A stretch of DNA of 64,000 bases from Sphyrna mokarran. Its lineage: Eukaryota. The notes under the pieces are model-generated. The model saw nothing but the letters and a program-made list of their open reading frames with translations. It made no database searches and was not told where the DNA came from. Below are positions 50,985-63,434 of the stretch, piece by piece; positions within the stretch are counted from its first letter, which is position 1, and each line of letters begins with the position of its first letter. The position numbers and the translations under genes are program-made. The DNA is taken from assembly GCA_024679065.1 (NCBI GenBank), contig JAGIQG010000012.1, forward strand, positions 53,196,001 to 53,260,000, written 5' to 3'.

Positions 50985-51288
50985 GACGTGGCACAGTAGC
51001 ACATTGGTTAGCATTGCTGCCTCACAGCATCAGGGACCCAGGTTCAATTCCAACCTCGAATCACTGTCTGTGTGGTATTTGCATATTCTCCCTGTGTCTG
51101 TGCGGGTTTCCTCTGGGTAGTCTGGTTTCCTTCCACATCCCAAAGATATGCAGGTCAGGTTGATTGACATCCCTTAGTGTAGAGAGGGTAACATATGGGA
51201 TTAAGGGGATAAGGCCTGGGTGGGATTGTGTTTGATACAGGCTCAATGGGCCAAATGGCCTCCTTCTGCACTGTAGGGATTCTACGAT
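50985..51288 (+). mobile_element. HE1-type V-SINE (type A)
   Basis: Head, V core and tail. Confidence 0.9.
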
Positions 51289-52109
51289 AGAAGCCTCAAG
51301 ATTGTGATGCTGAAAGAACACCAACCACAAAATGTCTCCTACCAGCTGAATTCACTGAAAAAGAAAATATTCAGAGGTATATTTGAGGCTGTGATTTAAT
51401 GATAGGTCCCCTGTCTCACTTTTTCCTGCTTGTATATCACTCAATGTTGAGTAGCAGAGAAAAATCTGGTCCTTACCCTGAGATAGCCTTTTCCCTAATC
51501 TTTAGCTATCCTATTTTGTCATTACCTTCCCAATCTCTTATTTTCCAACTCTTTAATGCTCTCCTTAATCCTACTTTAATAGACAAATTTACTAAAATTA
51601 TTTCAAAATTGCTATTAACCTTTGTGTTAAAATATTCCATCTAACCTCCATTCTTATTCCTCGTGTTGGATTCTGCTATATTAGCAACACACTGGGACTG
51701 CCGACTACTCACAAGGCATTATGCCACTCTGCTGAAATTTCTTTCTCTCTTTTACTGTACAGGGTATGCTTGGTGAGGCAATATTGTTGCTGACCTCTTA
51801 AAGGTAACCAAGATAAGTCAAGGCACTCTTTTCAATCTGCATGGTTTGTCATCCGTACAGCCTGTGCATGCACTACCTCATCATAATCTTTCTGTTAGTG
51901 CCTGGGAGTTAAGGAAAGTAGCTCATGCAAAGAGCATCCTTGCAAAGCACTAAATTATTTAAAATCATTTTGCCAGATCATATCCTGTCCTGTGTCCCAT
52001 CAGACTCTGATTGTCTTCAAGCATGTTTCGTTAAAGACACAATACATCTCCATTTATCATCATGGAATGTGTGCCTTCATTTGGGCAAAGTGTATGTCTT
52101 AGAGCCATG

Positions 52110-53010
52110 GAGTCATGCAGTATAGAAGAGGCATTTTGGCCCATCAAGTCTGCACTACATTAATTCCACTTTTCAGCACTTGGCCCAAGGTTTTGAATGT
52201 TATGACATTTCATCTATATAATTTTTAATGGTTGTGCAGTTTTCTCCTTCTACTACCCTCCAGTCAATGCATTCCAAACTCCCACTATCCTCTGGGTGAA
52301 AAATTCTTTCCACTAAATCTTCTGCCAATCACCTTAAAATTGTGCTTCCTTCAACTAAGGGAACAGCTGTTGTCTATCCATCCTGTCCATACCCTTCATA
52401 ACCTTTTTTGTTACTCATATACTGGAACATTCAGATCCTTCTGCACCTCAGAATTCTACAGCTGATTTCCATGAAAGTAATACTCTTCTTGTTCTTCCTG
52501 CCAAAGTGAACAACTTTACATTTTCCTACATTATACTCCATCTGCCAGATTTTTGCTCACTCATTCAACCTATTTACATCCTTCTGCAACCTCCTTATGT
52601 CCTCTTCACCACATATTTTCCTACCTACCTTTGTGTCATCTGCAAATTTAGCTAATATGTCTTAATTCCCCTCATAAGTCACTGATATAAATTGCAAGAA
52701 GTTGAGACCCCAGCGTGGACCTCTGTAGGACTCCGCTTGTCACATCCTGTCAATCAGAAAAAATATTTCCATTTATGCTTACTCTCTCTTTTCTGCCCGT
52801 CAGCCAATTTTCTATCAGGCTCGTGTGTTACCACCTACACCACAAGCTTTTATTTTCTGCAATAACCTTTGATGGAGCACCTTTATCAAATGCCTTCTGG
52901 AAGTCCAAGTTCAGCATATCTACAGGCTCCCCTTCATCCACATGTCATTCCTTCAAAGAACTCCAATAAATTGGTTAAACATGATTTCCCTTTCACAAAA
53001 TTAAGCTGAC
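52110..53010 (-). mobile_element. CR1 LINE fragment
   Basis: GTGTCATCTGCAAATTT (KFADDT) and ATCAAATGCCTTCTGGAAGTCC (DFQKAFD) read on the minus strand. Confidence 0.85.
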
Positions 53011-53779
53011 TCTTCTTGATTACTTAAGTTACTTTAAGTGCCCATTTATAAACACCTCCTTAATGAACAATTGTGGAACTTCCTTTGCCGAGAGCTACTC
53101 AGTTAATAATTTTAAACCTGAATTTGATAGATTTTTTACGAACAAAAGATACTAAAGGGTATGAAACTAAAATGGGTAAATGGAGTTAGGGTGCAAATCA
53201 ATTATCATTTCACTGAATGGCAGATAATGTTTGAGGGCTGATGAACCTACCCCTGTTCATTTAAGTTTGCTATAAGGCTTTCATATAGTTAAACATATTT
53301 TGACACATGACAAAATATTTTGCAAAATGTAAAATATATATGTGTTTAAACTGTTAAAAATTCATGTAAGTATATTATCAGTGTACAATGGAGCATGTAA
53401 GGATATGTCATTAATTTCTTGTAGGAATAGAGGAATACAATTATAGTTACAGAGGTCTAAAGTATATATTAAAATTCTTTCAAAAATGCTTGTTAAATAT
53501 ATTTACAAAGTCTATTCACTATGCTAAAGTATGACAACGTGAAACACATTGTATCGTGCACAAGATGAAGAAAAATTAATCCATTACAGAGTGAACTTTA
53601 ATGTAAAACAGAACAAAAGCTTTCATTGAGTTCACTGCGGAACTAATTCATTGGAAGACCATTTCTGAAAGGAAACTTTGGTGCTGATCCACTAATAGCC
53701 TGAGTGATGGCAGATAGATGGAATACTTCATGGTTTCAAAAGCAATTACTTCTTCATCTGTACTTATAAACACCAATTA

Positions 53780-54975
53780 TATGATCATAGAATGGCTACT
53801 GTACAGAGGAAGGCCATTTGGCCTTTTGTGTCCATACTGGTTCCCTGCAAGAGCAGCTCAATTAGTCCCATTTATCCACCATTTCCCCAAAGCCTTGGAA
53901 ACCTTTTCTCTTCACGTAGTTATCCTATTGCACTTTGAAAGCCAGGATTGAATCTGCCTCCACTATAATCTTTTGCAGTGCATTTCAGGTCCTTACCACA
54001 TGCTCTGTAAAAGAGATTTTCCTTTGAGCTTTTGTTTCTTTTTGTTATCCAACTTAAAGCCATGTCCAGTGGCTCGCCATCATGCTGCTAACAGAAAGTT
54101 TCTCTTTATCTATTCTGTCCCTCATGACTATGAGAACTTCTATCAAATCTTCTGCCAACCCTTTCTTCTTTAAGGAGAACAGCCTCGGCTTCTCCAATGT
54201 ATCCCTCATTTCCAGAATCAATTTTCGTGAAAATTTCTGCATTCTCCTGAATGCCACCACATCCGTCCAGGTTCATGGTGTCAAAAATTAAATGCAGTAT
54301 TCCCATTGAAGCTGGGCCAGTGTTTTATAAAGGTTCATCATAATTTCCTTGGTTTTGTACTCCATACCTCTATTTATAAAGCACAAGAACTCATAAACTT
54401 TATTGAACACTTTCTTTAGTCTGCACTGCCACCTTCAATGATGTCTGCACACATATCCTGAAGTCCATCCATTCCTGTACCCGTTTAGAATTATACATTT
54501 TATATTGATTTTCCCTGTTCTCCATACAAAAGATATCGCTTTAGACTTCACTGCTATAAATCTCATCTGCCATTCCACTATTCTATACCCTTTTGAAGTA
54601 CTTGAAGTATTTAACTTGAAGATTCCTCTTGAAGTTCGGCAATATTGTCCTTACAATTCACAACACTATAAAGTTTTGATTCATCTGCAAAGTTTGAAAT
54701 TGTGCCCTTCAAATCCAAGCCTAGATTATTCAAATAAATCAAGAAAACCAATGGTCTTAATACCATCTGGGAAATTCCACTGTACACTCTCTCCAATCTG
54801 AAAAATACCTGCTCACCAATGCCTCCTATCATTCAGCCAACTTGTTTCCATGCTGCTACTGTCCCCTTTATTCCATGAGCTTTAATTTTATTGGCAAAAC
54901 CTGTTATGTGGCACTATATCAAATGTCTTTTGGAAGTCCCTACATAACACTACAATGTCAATATCCTCATCAACG
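53780..54975 (-). mobile_element. Old CR1 LINE fragment
   Basis: LFSLKKKGLAEDLIEV and ISNFADESK peptides on the minus strand. Confidence 0.8.
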
Positions 54976-55107
54976 CTCACTCAGGTTAGGTGGACAGAAG
55001 TGCCACCATATTTGACCTGGAAAAGAGACTGGAGCGTACTGCGCAGGTAAGTTGTGATACTACGCACATCACTACCAGCATGGCTGCTGTCGAACAATTT
55101 TTTAAAA

Positions 55108-55440
55108 ATTCATTCATGGGATGTGGGCATCGCTGTCTGGGCCAGTATTTATTGCCTATCTCTGAGGGTATTAAGAGTCAACCACATTTCTGTGGATCTG
55201 GAGTTACATGTAAGCCAGATCAACTTGCAATGACAGATTTCCTCCCTTAAAGGACGTTAGTGAAGAAGTTGGATTTTTACAATTGACAATGGTTTCATGG
55301 TCATCATTAGATTTTTAATTTCAGATTCTTATTGAATTCAAGTAGCACCATCTGCCATAGTGAGATTTGAATCTAGTCCCCAGAGTATTGGGTCTCTGGA
55401 TTACTAGCACAGTGATAATACTACTATATGAGTGCCTCCC
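55108..55440 (-). mobile_element. Third tRNA-derived SINE family, near full length
   Basis: Homologous to 35601-35922, with tRNA-like head at 55360-55440. Confidence 0.78.
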
Positions 55441-56729
55441 CACAACTGTGCAAGCTTTGGGTAAAAGAAATCTAAGGATGCAGATCAGATGCCTCGGAGT
55501 GTCCTTAAGAAAATTAACAGAGAGTTTCACAGGAACCTAATTTTCCAACTGAACACAGGATAGGCAATTAAGGACAGCAGAAAATCAATACTTGTGCACG
55601 AAGGAGAAGTATTGATACTCTACTGGATTATTATGAGTGATTACATAAATTGAGCACATACCTACTGATAATGAGATGCAATATGATTACTAATTTTATG
55701 TTTCTAAAAGGACTCGATGATACACACAATGACAACTGTATTATTTTGTCCAGGTTAGTGGAATCAGAAATACAGAAGTCAGAAACAAACTTTGTCAGGT
55801 AGTAAATTAGAAATTAATTTGTGGAAACACCATTTCAGTGATTGATTTGTGAATCTATTGAAAAGGTCCCCAAGGAAGACAATGAAAGCCAATCATATTG
55901 ATTCATTTAAATACAAATTAGATAGACTTATTTTGAAAAATACTATTTTGGGAAACAATGCATGAGAAATCTGATACACTACTTGAGGAAAATGTAGCAT
56001 ATTTGGGAACAGCAGATTACTTTGGACCTATTGTTCCCCACACTGTCCAGCACAGATGGATTTTTCCTCACCCCACAGCTGGATTTCCCTCAGCTGATGG
56101 GGGTTTTACCCGGCAATAGAAAAATGAAGAGGGAGCTCTCACCAGTCCCATGAAGGAGGCCTGGTGGAAGTAAGTGGACTTCAGGCAGTTAAGGGGCCAC
56201 TGTCAACCTGCCCCATGATTGGAAGTCCAACCCACCAAGATCAGCTGACCACTCAGAGGTTGGCAATTTCTCATTGCCACCCCCACCGGTGAGAGCTGTG
56301 GCAGTTGGTGGAAATGCACTGAAGAGCAGTCCAAGATCATTGCAGGGCCCCATACCAAAGGTGAATGAGGGTGGGGTGGAGATTGTGAAGTGGGATCTGT
56401 GAGAGACACAGACAGGGGTTAGATTTCAGAGTCCCCCACCCCTTTCTTTCCAATAGCAGGTTCTCTCGATCAAGCATAGAGGGCACATGTAACACAAACT
56501 CTCTGCACCCTACCCCATCACTGACAGGATTAGCTGAACTTCTTCCATTAGTGCAGGGAGTCCCTTTAATCCCTAAGCTACCATTAAATTGCAGTGGACC
56601 CAGGGCTAATGGGTGTCCATTGGCTCATTGACATCCTGCCCCTGGTGGCTAGGAATAATGCATCAACCCCATCCACCCATCCTCTGACTTAAGAAGATGT
56701 GAAGACGAGAGTGTATATGTTTAGTTGTG

Positions 56730-57900
56730 CATGATCATGTGTCACACAAAACAACTGAAGCTATGTTATATTGGAGTAAATGCAACAAAGCAGATAGAAG
56801 AAATGTTGGCCAGCAAGTAGAAACTAATGGATGCTTTTTGTTGGCTGATGCAGATAATGGTGCCCCCGGGACCCTTCCGGCGCCTCTTTTGTTTTCCATT
56901 CATCTAAATGATTTGCACATAGCTTTAAGTGGAGGTTTGATGAGACAAAATTTGTGCTTCTGGAAATCTGTGAGGGAAAGTTCACAAGACATCGACAGGC
57001 TAATGGGGCAGAAAGATAGGTCACAGATGCAGTTCAGTTATGATGTTGTGCATTACAGAAAGAAGATACATACAATGTAAACAGCAAGATTATGAACTGT
57101 GTGGAGAAATGGAGCCAACCAAGAATGCTAATACATCTATTTTAAAATTGAGAATGCGAGCAAAAAAGGCCATAAGAGGCGAATGTATATTAACAATCTC
57201 ATAGAGGGACATTGAGTATAAAAGCAGGAAAGTGGTGATAAATCTGTGTAAGACTTTTCACTGAACATAGTTGGAGTGTTGCATGCACACATTCAGGTAC
57301 ACAAAGAAAATTGGAGTCGCTGTGAGGGCATGATTAGGGCAGCATGGTGGCGTAATGGTTATCACTTCTGCCTCACAGCATCAATTCCAGTCTCAAGTGG
57401 CTGTCTGTGTGGAGTTTGCACATTCTCCGTACGTCTATGTGGGTTTCCTCCGGGTACTCCAGTTTCTTCTGACAGTCCAAAAGGATGTGCGGGTCAGGTT
57501 GTTGACCATGCTAAATTGCCCCTTACTGTCAGTGGAATTAGCAGGATAAATATGTGGGGTCGAAAGGATAGAGTCTGGGTGGGATTGTTGTTAGTGCTAG
57601 ATTGATGGGCTGAGTGGTTTCTTTCTGCATTGCAAGAATTCTATAATTCTACAAAGGTACAGTGAAGATTTTTAAAATGATACTAAGACAGTTATAATAA
57701 TGCAGAAACGCTTAAAGAAGACACTGTTGTTCACAGTGAAGGATAAAGAAAGAGTCTGTTCTGGTTTTGAGAATCCTGAAAAATTTTGCAAATTAACATG
57801 GAAAAAATGTTTCCAATCATTGTCAAATCAGTAGCAGTGACATAGATCCACAGTTATTGCAAAAAGGAATAAAGGGGAAAGTTAGAAACTTTAGGAATGC
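56730..57900 (+). mobile_element. Very old CR1-like RT remnant, interrupted by a SINE
   Basis: GAPGTLPAPLLFSIHLNDL (decayed GVPQGS.LGP.LF.IY.NDL) and ATTGAGTATAAAAGCAGG. Confidence 0.65.
57337..57651 (+). mobile_element. HE1-type V-SINE (type A)
   Basis: Head, V core and tail. Confidence 0.87.
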
Positions 57901-58376
57901 ATTATCATTTCTATGATTCCAAACCTGAAGCTGATATTAAATCCAACAAATTTGATCATCATTGGGAGGAAAAAACCTTTTCAAAAATCAGAAAATTATC
58001 AAATACCTAGTTTTCCAATCTCCACCCCATTTCTCAGGTATCATTATCATAAGAATCATAAGAGTAGAAGAAGAAGTAGGCAATTTAACCTCTCAAGCCT
58101 GCTCTGTCATTTAATATGATCATAGGTGATCACACCTCAGCCTCACCTTCACTTTTCTGCCTGTTAACGATAACCCTTCAAACTCTTACTAATTAAAAAT
58201 CTTCCCTAAATTTCTTCAAAGTTCTGGCAAACACCACACTTTGGGGTAGTGAATTCCACACACTCTTTGAGAGAAGTAAAAATACTCATTGTTTTTATTT
58301 TAAATCTGCCACCTCTTACCCTAAAACTACGACCTCTTCTCAATTGCCCAACACGTCTATTTTACCAATTCCCCTT

Positions 58377-58709
58377 ATCATAGAATAGAATCATAGAATC
58401 CTTACAGTGCAAAAGGAGACCATTTGACTCATTGAGTCTGCACTGACCACAATCCCACCCAGGCCCTGTTCCTGTAATCTTGCATATTTATCCTGTTAAT
58501 CCCCTGACAGTAGGGTTAACTTAACATGGCCAATCAACCTAACCCACACATCTTTCGTCAGTGGGAGGAAACCGGAGCACTTGGAGGAAACACATACAGG
58601 CATGGGAAGAATGTACAAACTCCACACAGACAGTGTCCTGGGCTGGGGATTGAATCCAGTCCCTGGCGCTTTGAGGCAGCAGTGCTAACGATTGTACCAC
58701 CATGCCGCC
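58377..58709 (-). mobile_element. HE1-type V-SINE (type A), full length
   Basis: GGCGGCATGGTGG head through GATTCTATGATTCTA tail on the minus strand. Confidence 0.92.
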
Positions 58710-58716
58710 ACAAATA

Positions 58717-58788
58717 TGACAGGAGATGGTTTTGTTCCATCGACCTCTAGGTTATGGGCCCAGCATGCTTCTGCTGCACCACTCTGCT
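58717..58788 (-). tRNA. Initiator tRNA-Met(CAT) pseudogene
   Basis: Minus strand AGCAGAGTGGTGCAGCAGAAGCATGCTGGGCCCATAACCTAGAGGTCGATGGAACAAAACCATCTCCTGTCA: 62/72 identical to remembered vertebrate tRNA-iMet, 4 differences at CpGs, B box and acceptor stem damaged. Confidence 0.92.
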
Positions 58789-58851
58789 GCACAAAGTCTT
58801 GGATACCTCTATTAGATCTCCCCTCATTCTTCAGAATTCCAGGGAGTATAG

Positions 58852-59690
58852 AAGTTGCAGAGAGACTTGGACAAGTTGCAGAGCTGGGCCGAGAGGTGGC
58901 AAATGGAGTTTAATGTGGAAAAGTGTGAGGTAATGCACTTTGGCAGGAATAATAAATGTGAAGAGTATAGGGCTAATGGTAGGATTCTTAATAGTGTTGA
59001 TGAACAGAGGGATCTTGGTGTATTTGTGCATAGATCCCTGAAAGTAGGCAGTCAAGTCGATAAGGTTGTTAAGAAGGCATATGGAGTCTTAGCTTTTATT
59101 GGTAGGGGGATTGAATTTCGGAGCCGCAACGTCATGTTGCAACTGTACAAAACTCTAGTGCGGCCGCACTTGGAGTATTGTGTGCAGTTCTGGTCCCCAC
59201 ATTATAAGAAAGATGTGGAGGCATTGGAGAGGGTACAGAGGAGGTTTACCAGGATGTTGCCTGGTATGGAGGGCAGGTCTTATGAAGAGAGGCTGAGGGA
59301 TTTGAGGTTGTTTTCGTTAGAAAGGAGGCGGCTAAGAGGGGACCTTATTGAAACATATAAGATGATTAGAGGTTTAGATAGGGTGGACAGTGATAGCCTT
59401 TTTCCTAGGATGGAGAAAGCTAGCACGAGGGGACACAGCTTTAAATTAAGGGGTGATAGTTATAGGACGGATATCAGAGGTAGGTTCTTTACCCAAAGGG
59501 TGGTTCGGGAGTGGAATGCCCTGCCTGCAGCAGTTGTAGATGCGCCAAGTTTGGTGGCGTTTAAGAGGTTAGTTGATAAGTATATGGAAGAGAAGGGAAT
59601 GGTTTAGTTTGGAGGGGCATTGCTTTTTATATTGGTCGGCGCAACATCGAAGGCCGAAGGGCCTGTTCTGTGCTGTAATGTTCTATGTTC
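58852..59690 (+). mobile_element. Young 5'-truncated CR1 LINE, TSD TATAG
   Basis: TATAG at 58847-58851 and 59691-59695; (TTCTATG)n tail. Confidence 0.95.
58855..59607 (+). CDS. Uninterrupted C-terminal 250 aa of CR1 ORF2 (RT thumb region); partial, no true start
   Basis: QRDLDKLQSWAERWQMEFNVEKC..LYKTLVRPHLEYCVQFWSP..FFTQRVVREWNALP. Confidence 0.8.
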   Translation: MQRDLDKLQSWAERWQMEFNVEKCEVMHFGRNNKCEEYRANGRILNSVDEQRDLGVFVHRSLKVGSQVDKVVKKAYGVLAFIGRGIEFRSRNVMLQLYKTLVRPHLEYCVQFWSPHYKKDVEALERVQRRFTRMLPGMEGRSYEERLRDLRLFSLERRRLRGDLIETYKMIRGLDRVDSDSLFPRMEKASTRGHSFKLRGDSYRTDIRGRFFTQRVVREWNALPAAVVDAPSLVAFKRLVDKYMEEKGMV

Positions 59691-60069
59691 TATAGGTCTA
59701 AATTGCCCAATTCTGTTTGTAAGACAAACTCCTCATCTCCGGAATCAACCTCCTGAATCTCCTCTGACCTGTCTCCAATGCAACTACATCCCTCCTCAAG
59801 TAAGGGGACCAAAATTGTACACAATATTTGAAGCGTAGTCTCAGTACTGCTTTGTACAGTAGAAGCAACATTTCACTACTTTTATATTCAATTCCTTTAG
59901 CAATAAGTGCGAAGATTCCATTTACTTTCCTTATTACTGATTACCCTGCATACTTTTTTTTGTGATTCATGCACAAGGACACTCAAATCCCTCTGTACTG
60001 AAGTACTCTGAAGTTTCTCTCCATTTAGAAAATAATTTGCCTTTGTATTTTTCGATCAAAATGGATATT

Positions 60070-61545
60070 ATGAGATAACTTATTCTTATATGAGGTTATT
60101 ATTGATTTCATCAGATGAGAGATGTTACTACTAACATTATGCCATATTCCCAACATTTAAGGTACAGCCTTTATTTAATGTTAACTCTTGAAAATGACTT
60201 CTTCCTTAAAATGTGGATAAAATGTTTCAAAGATGGCCACCAAAGCTTAAATAACCTGGATTGTGTATTTAAAAATGAACTCACTGTCTAAAAGAGATAA
60301 AAGGGCACAGAAGAAAACATGTCCACTATGCACATCTTGAGACCATCAAAGGAAGTTCTGGAATTGAATGGGTCTATATTGAAATAAATAAAGCAATTGT
60401 TTTAATCCCTCAAGATGAATGTCTTCAAACGATAAACCAGGATGCAGCTAATCAACATAAGACCATCATGACATTTAGAAAGGAAACTGAAATTGTGAGG
60501 AGTCACAAGGTAAGACAATCTTATTTAACCCTATGTATCTTTAAGTATTATCTGCAAAAGGATACAGCAGCAAAAAAAGGGCAATAACACACATGTCTTA
60601 AAGGAACTAGAAGCTGTATCATTGCAAGGTCTCTGAACTTGGTCATTTTTCAATCCAGCAATTCAACAAACTGATCTCCTGGTAATGAGACTACAAGCAA
60701 CAAAGTTTGTGACCTGCCATAAGTCTATCCCTTCAAGGGTACATAAGAAATAGGAGCAGTGTTAGACCATTCAGCCCTGCAAGCCTGCTGTACCATTCAA
60801 TAGGATCATAATTGATCATCTACTTCAACACCATGTTTCTACACTATTCCCATAATCTTTTGATGTTTCGAATATGTAGAAATCAATTGACTTGAATCTT
60901 AACTACATCAATGACTGAGCCTTTACATTCCTCTGCACTGCGAATTCCAAAGATTCAATACTCTCTGAGTGAAAACATTTTCCTTTTTTCAGCCCTATAT
61001 GGCCTGCACCTTATTCTCAGACTGTGTCCCTTGGTTCTACATGTTCCAGCCAGGAAAAAAAATCCTTCCTGCACTTAAACTGTCAAGCCCAGTAAGAATT
61101 CCCTAGTGAAACCCTGAAATGATTTTGACTTTACGACTTTGATTGTTGAATTCACCTAAATTGTTTTTCAGGACTGAAGGCATCTTCTTCATTAAACCTG
61201 TAACATATGTTTTCCAGAATAAGATAATGACATGAATCATGAACTATTCTTTTAACTTATAACATGTAAAAGTGCACTATTGTCTTCAACTGTACTTTCC
61301 TTGAATGCATTTGTATGTGTTTGATTGCATATGTGGGTGTGTTAGATTTTGGGATAAGTGCATAAACAAGTAATCTACCCTGTAAATTCATGAAAAGATT
61401 ACCACTGGTTATTCATATTAACCATACTCTCAGGGTTAGGGGAATCATAACGCTTCTTCTCACATCTTCCCATCGAGGTTTACTTGATATGAACAGTGGG
61501 AAGGGAACTGGGATTTCACCAATCCTCTCTCACCGGGGTGATACA
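60070..61545 (+). mobile_element. Possible LTR-type element interrupted by a CR1 tail (60741-61100, minus)
   Basis: Abruptly truncates CR1 at 60068 and ends CTCACCGGGGTGATACA; TSD not found. Confidence 0.3.
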
Positions 61546-61867
61546 GCAGAACAGTAGTTAGCATGCTGTCTCACAGCATCAAGGACCTGACATTGATTCC
61601 TGGCTTGAGTCACTGTATGTGTGGAGTCTACATGTTCTCCTCATGGTCTGTGTACATTTCCTCCAGGTGCTGCAGTTTCCTCCCATAGTCCAAAACGTAT
61701 GCTAGTTAGGTGCATTGGCCACACTAAAATTCTCCCTCAGTGTACCAAACAGTGCTGGAGTGTGGTGACTAGGGGATTTTCCCAGTAACCTCATTTAGTA
61801 TTAATGTAAGTCCTATTGCAGTAATATAAGCCTTGTTACAGTACTTATTACAGTAATAACTAAACTT
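61546..61867 (+). mobile_element. V-SINE type B
   Basis: Head, V core and alternative tail. Confidence 0.85.
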
Positions 61868-61899
61868 AGCCCTGTCTGTGCAGAATCCTTATCTACCAG

Positions 61900-62195
61900 G
61901 AGTATTTTTTGGTTGATGACAGGTTAAGTGTAAAATGTTCCCAAACACAAGAGAACACAGGTTTAAGGTGAGAGGTGGTGAGTTTATGGGAGATATAAGA
62001 AAAAGTATTTTACACAAAGTGTGGTGGGTGCCTGGAATGCACTGCCAGTGGAGATAGTGGAAGCAGGCACAAAAGCAGCATTCAAGGTGTATCTGCATAG
62101 ACACATGAATGGGAGGTGAATGGAGGGAGAGAAACCACATATTGGTGCAGGCTTAGTGGGCCAAAGGACTTGTTCTTATGCTGGATTGTTCTTTG
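61900..62195 (+). mobile_element. CR1 3' end fragment
   Basis: ACAGGTTTAAGGTGAGAGG..CTGGAATGCACTGCCAG..GGGCCAAAGG..TTGTTCTTTG. Confidence 0.8.
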
Positions 62196-62589
62196 ATCAA
62201 CACTTATTTTCCGAAACCAGTTACCTTCAATCATTATAGATCTCTGGAGTTCTTTTCCCATTCATAGTTCTCTGTAATGTCAAACATGTTTAAGGCACTG
62301 TTGAAATGGAAAGATCAAGTTTTGAGAAATTAGGAGTGTGGAAGTTTATTTCTCTTTATTTTCTGTTCTTGATCAACCACAGCTATTGACTGTTTATGAC
62401 CCTGACAGATTTTTTGAGCAAATGCTCCATGTTGCATGCAATGGTTCCTAATTGAGCAGAACAGTGACCACCCAGATATACAAAGTCCAGATGTAACTTC
62501 TCCTCATGTATAGTGGTGAGGCACAAAGGGATTCTAAAAATAAGTTGCATGTTTAATTTTAGAACTGGATTCCGTGTGAAGTTATCAAT

Positions 62590-62900
62590 TAGAATCATGG
62601 AATCCCTACTGTGCAGGAGAAGGCCATTTGGCCCATTGAACCTGCACCGACAACAATCCCACCCAGACCCTATCCCTGTAATCCCATTTATTTACCCTGC
62701 TAGTCCCCCTTACACTAAGGGACAAAATTTCACGGCCAATCTACCTCACTTGCTGTGGAATGAAACTGGAGCACTTGGAGGAAAACCACACAGACATGGG
62801 GAAAATGTGCAAACTCCAGACATATAGTGACCCGAGCTGGAATTGAACCCGGGTCCCTAGTGCTGTGAGACAGCAGTGCTAACTACTGTGCCACTGTGCT
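62590..62900 (-). mobile_element. HE1-type V-SINE (type A)
   Basis: Head, V core and tail. Confidence 0.9.
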
Positions 62901-63123
62901 AACCATTTTGCTTAAATCCTCTTCTCATGATAATTTGGAAACTGCTGTTGATTATTTAGTTTTCTTCATTTTATCGAGAGATTTGTGCTTGCATTTCACA
63001 CCACACATTTAGGACAAGTAAATATTTAGAGCTATCCCCAATTAACACCAATGCACTAATGGCCAGTTACACGTATACAATGAAAATGTTGGTGAACACC
63101 AACATGCGAATGATAGATATAGG

Positions 63124-63430
63124 AGAGCGGCATGGTGGCATAGTGGTTAGCACTGCTGCCTCACAGCACCAGGGATGGGGGTTCAATTCCTGTCTTGATC
63201 ACTACCTGTGCGGAGTCTACACATTCTCCCCATGTCTATGCGGGGTTTCTCCAGGTGCTCGGGTTTCTCTTCACAGCCTGAAAGGCGTGCTGGTTAGATG
63301 CACTGGCAATGCTAAGTTCTCTCTTGGCATACCCTGTACTAGAACAGGTGCCACAGTGTGGCGATTAGGGGATTCTCATAGCAACTCCATTGCAATGTTA
63401 ATGTAAGCCTACTTGTGACAATAATAAACA
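63124..63430 (+). mobile_element. V-SINE type B
   Basis: Head, V core and tail TAATGTAAGCCTACTTGTGACAATAATAAAC. Confidence 0.9.
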
Positions 63431-63434
63431 ATAC

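Larger units (their letters stand above)
58048..60068 (-). mobile_element. Old CR1 3' region hosting two nested insertions
   Basis: Pieces 58048-58376, 58797-58851 and 59691-60068 are collinear CR1 sequence. Confidence 0.78.

Noticed and set aside
1090-63406. Recurrent 60-115 aa ORFs such as CLCGVCTFSPCLCGFPP and MANQPNPHIF
   Set aside because: They are translations of HE1-type SINE copies, not genes.
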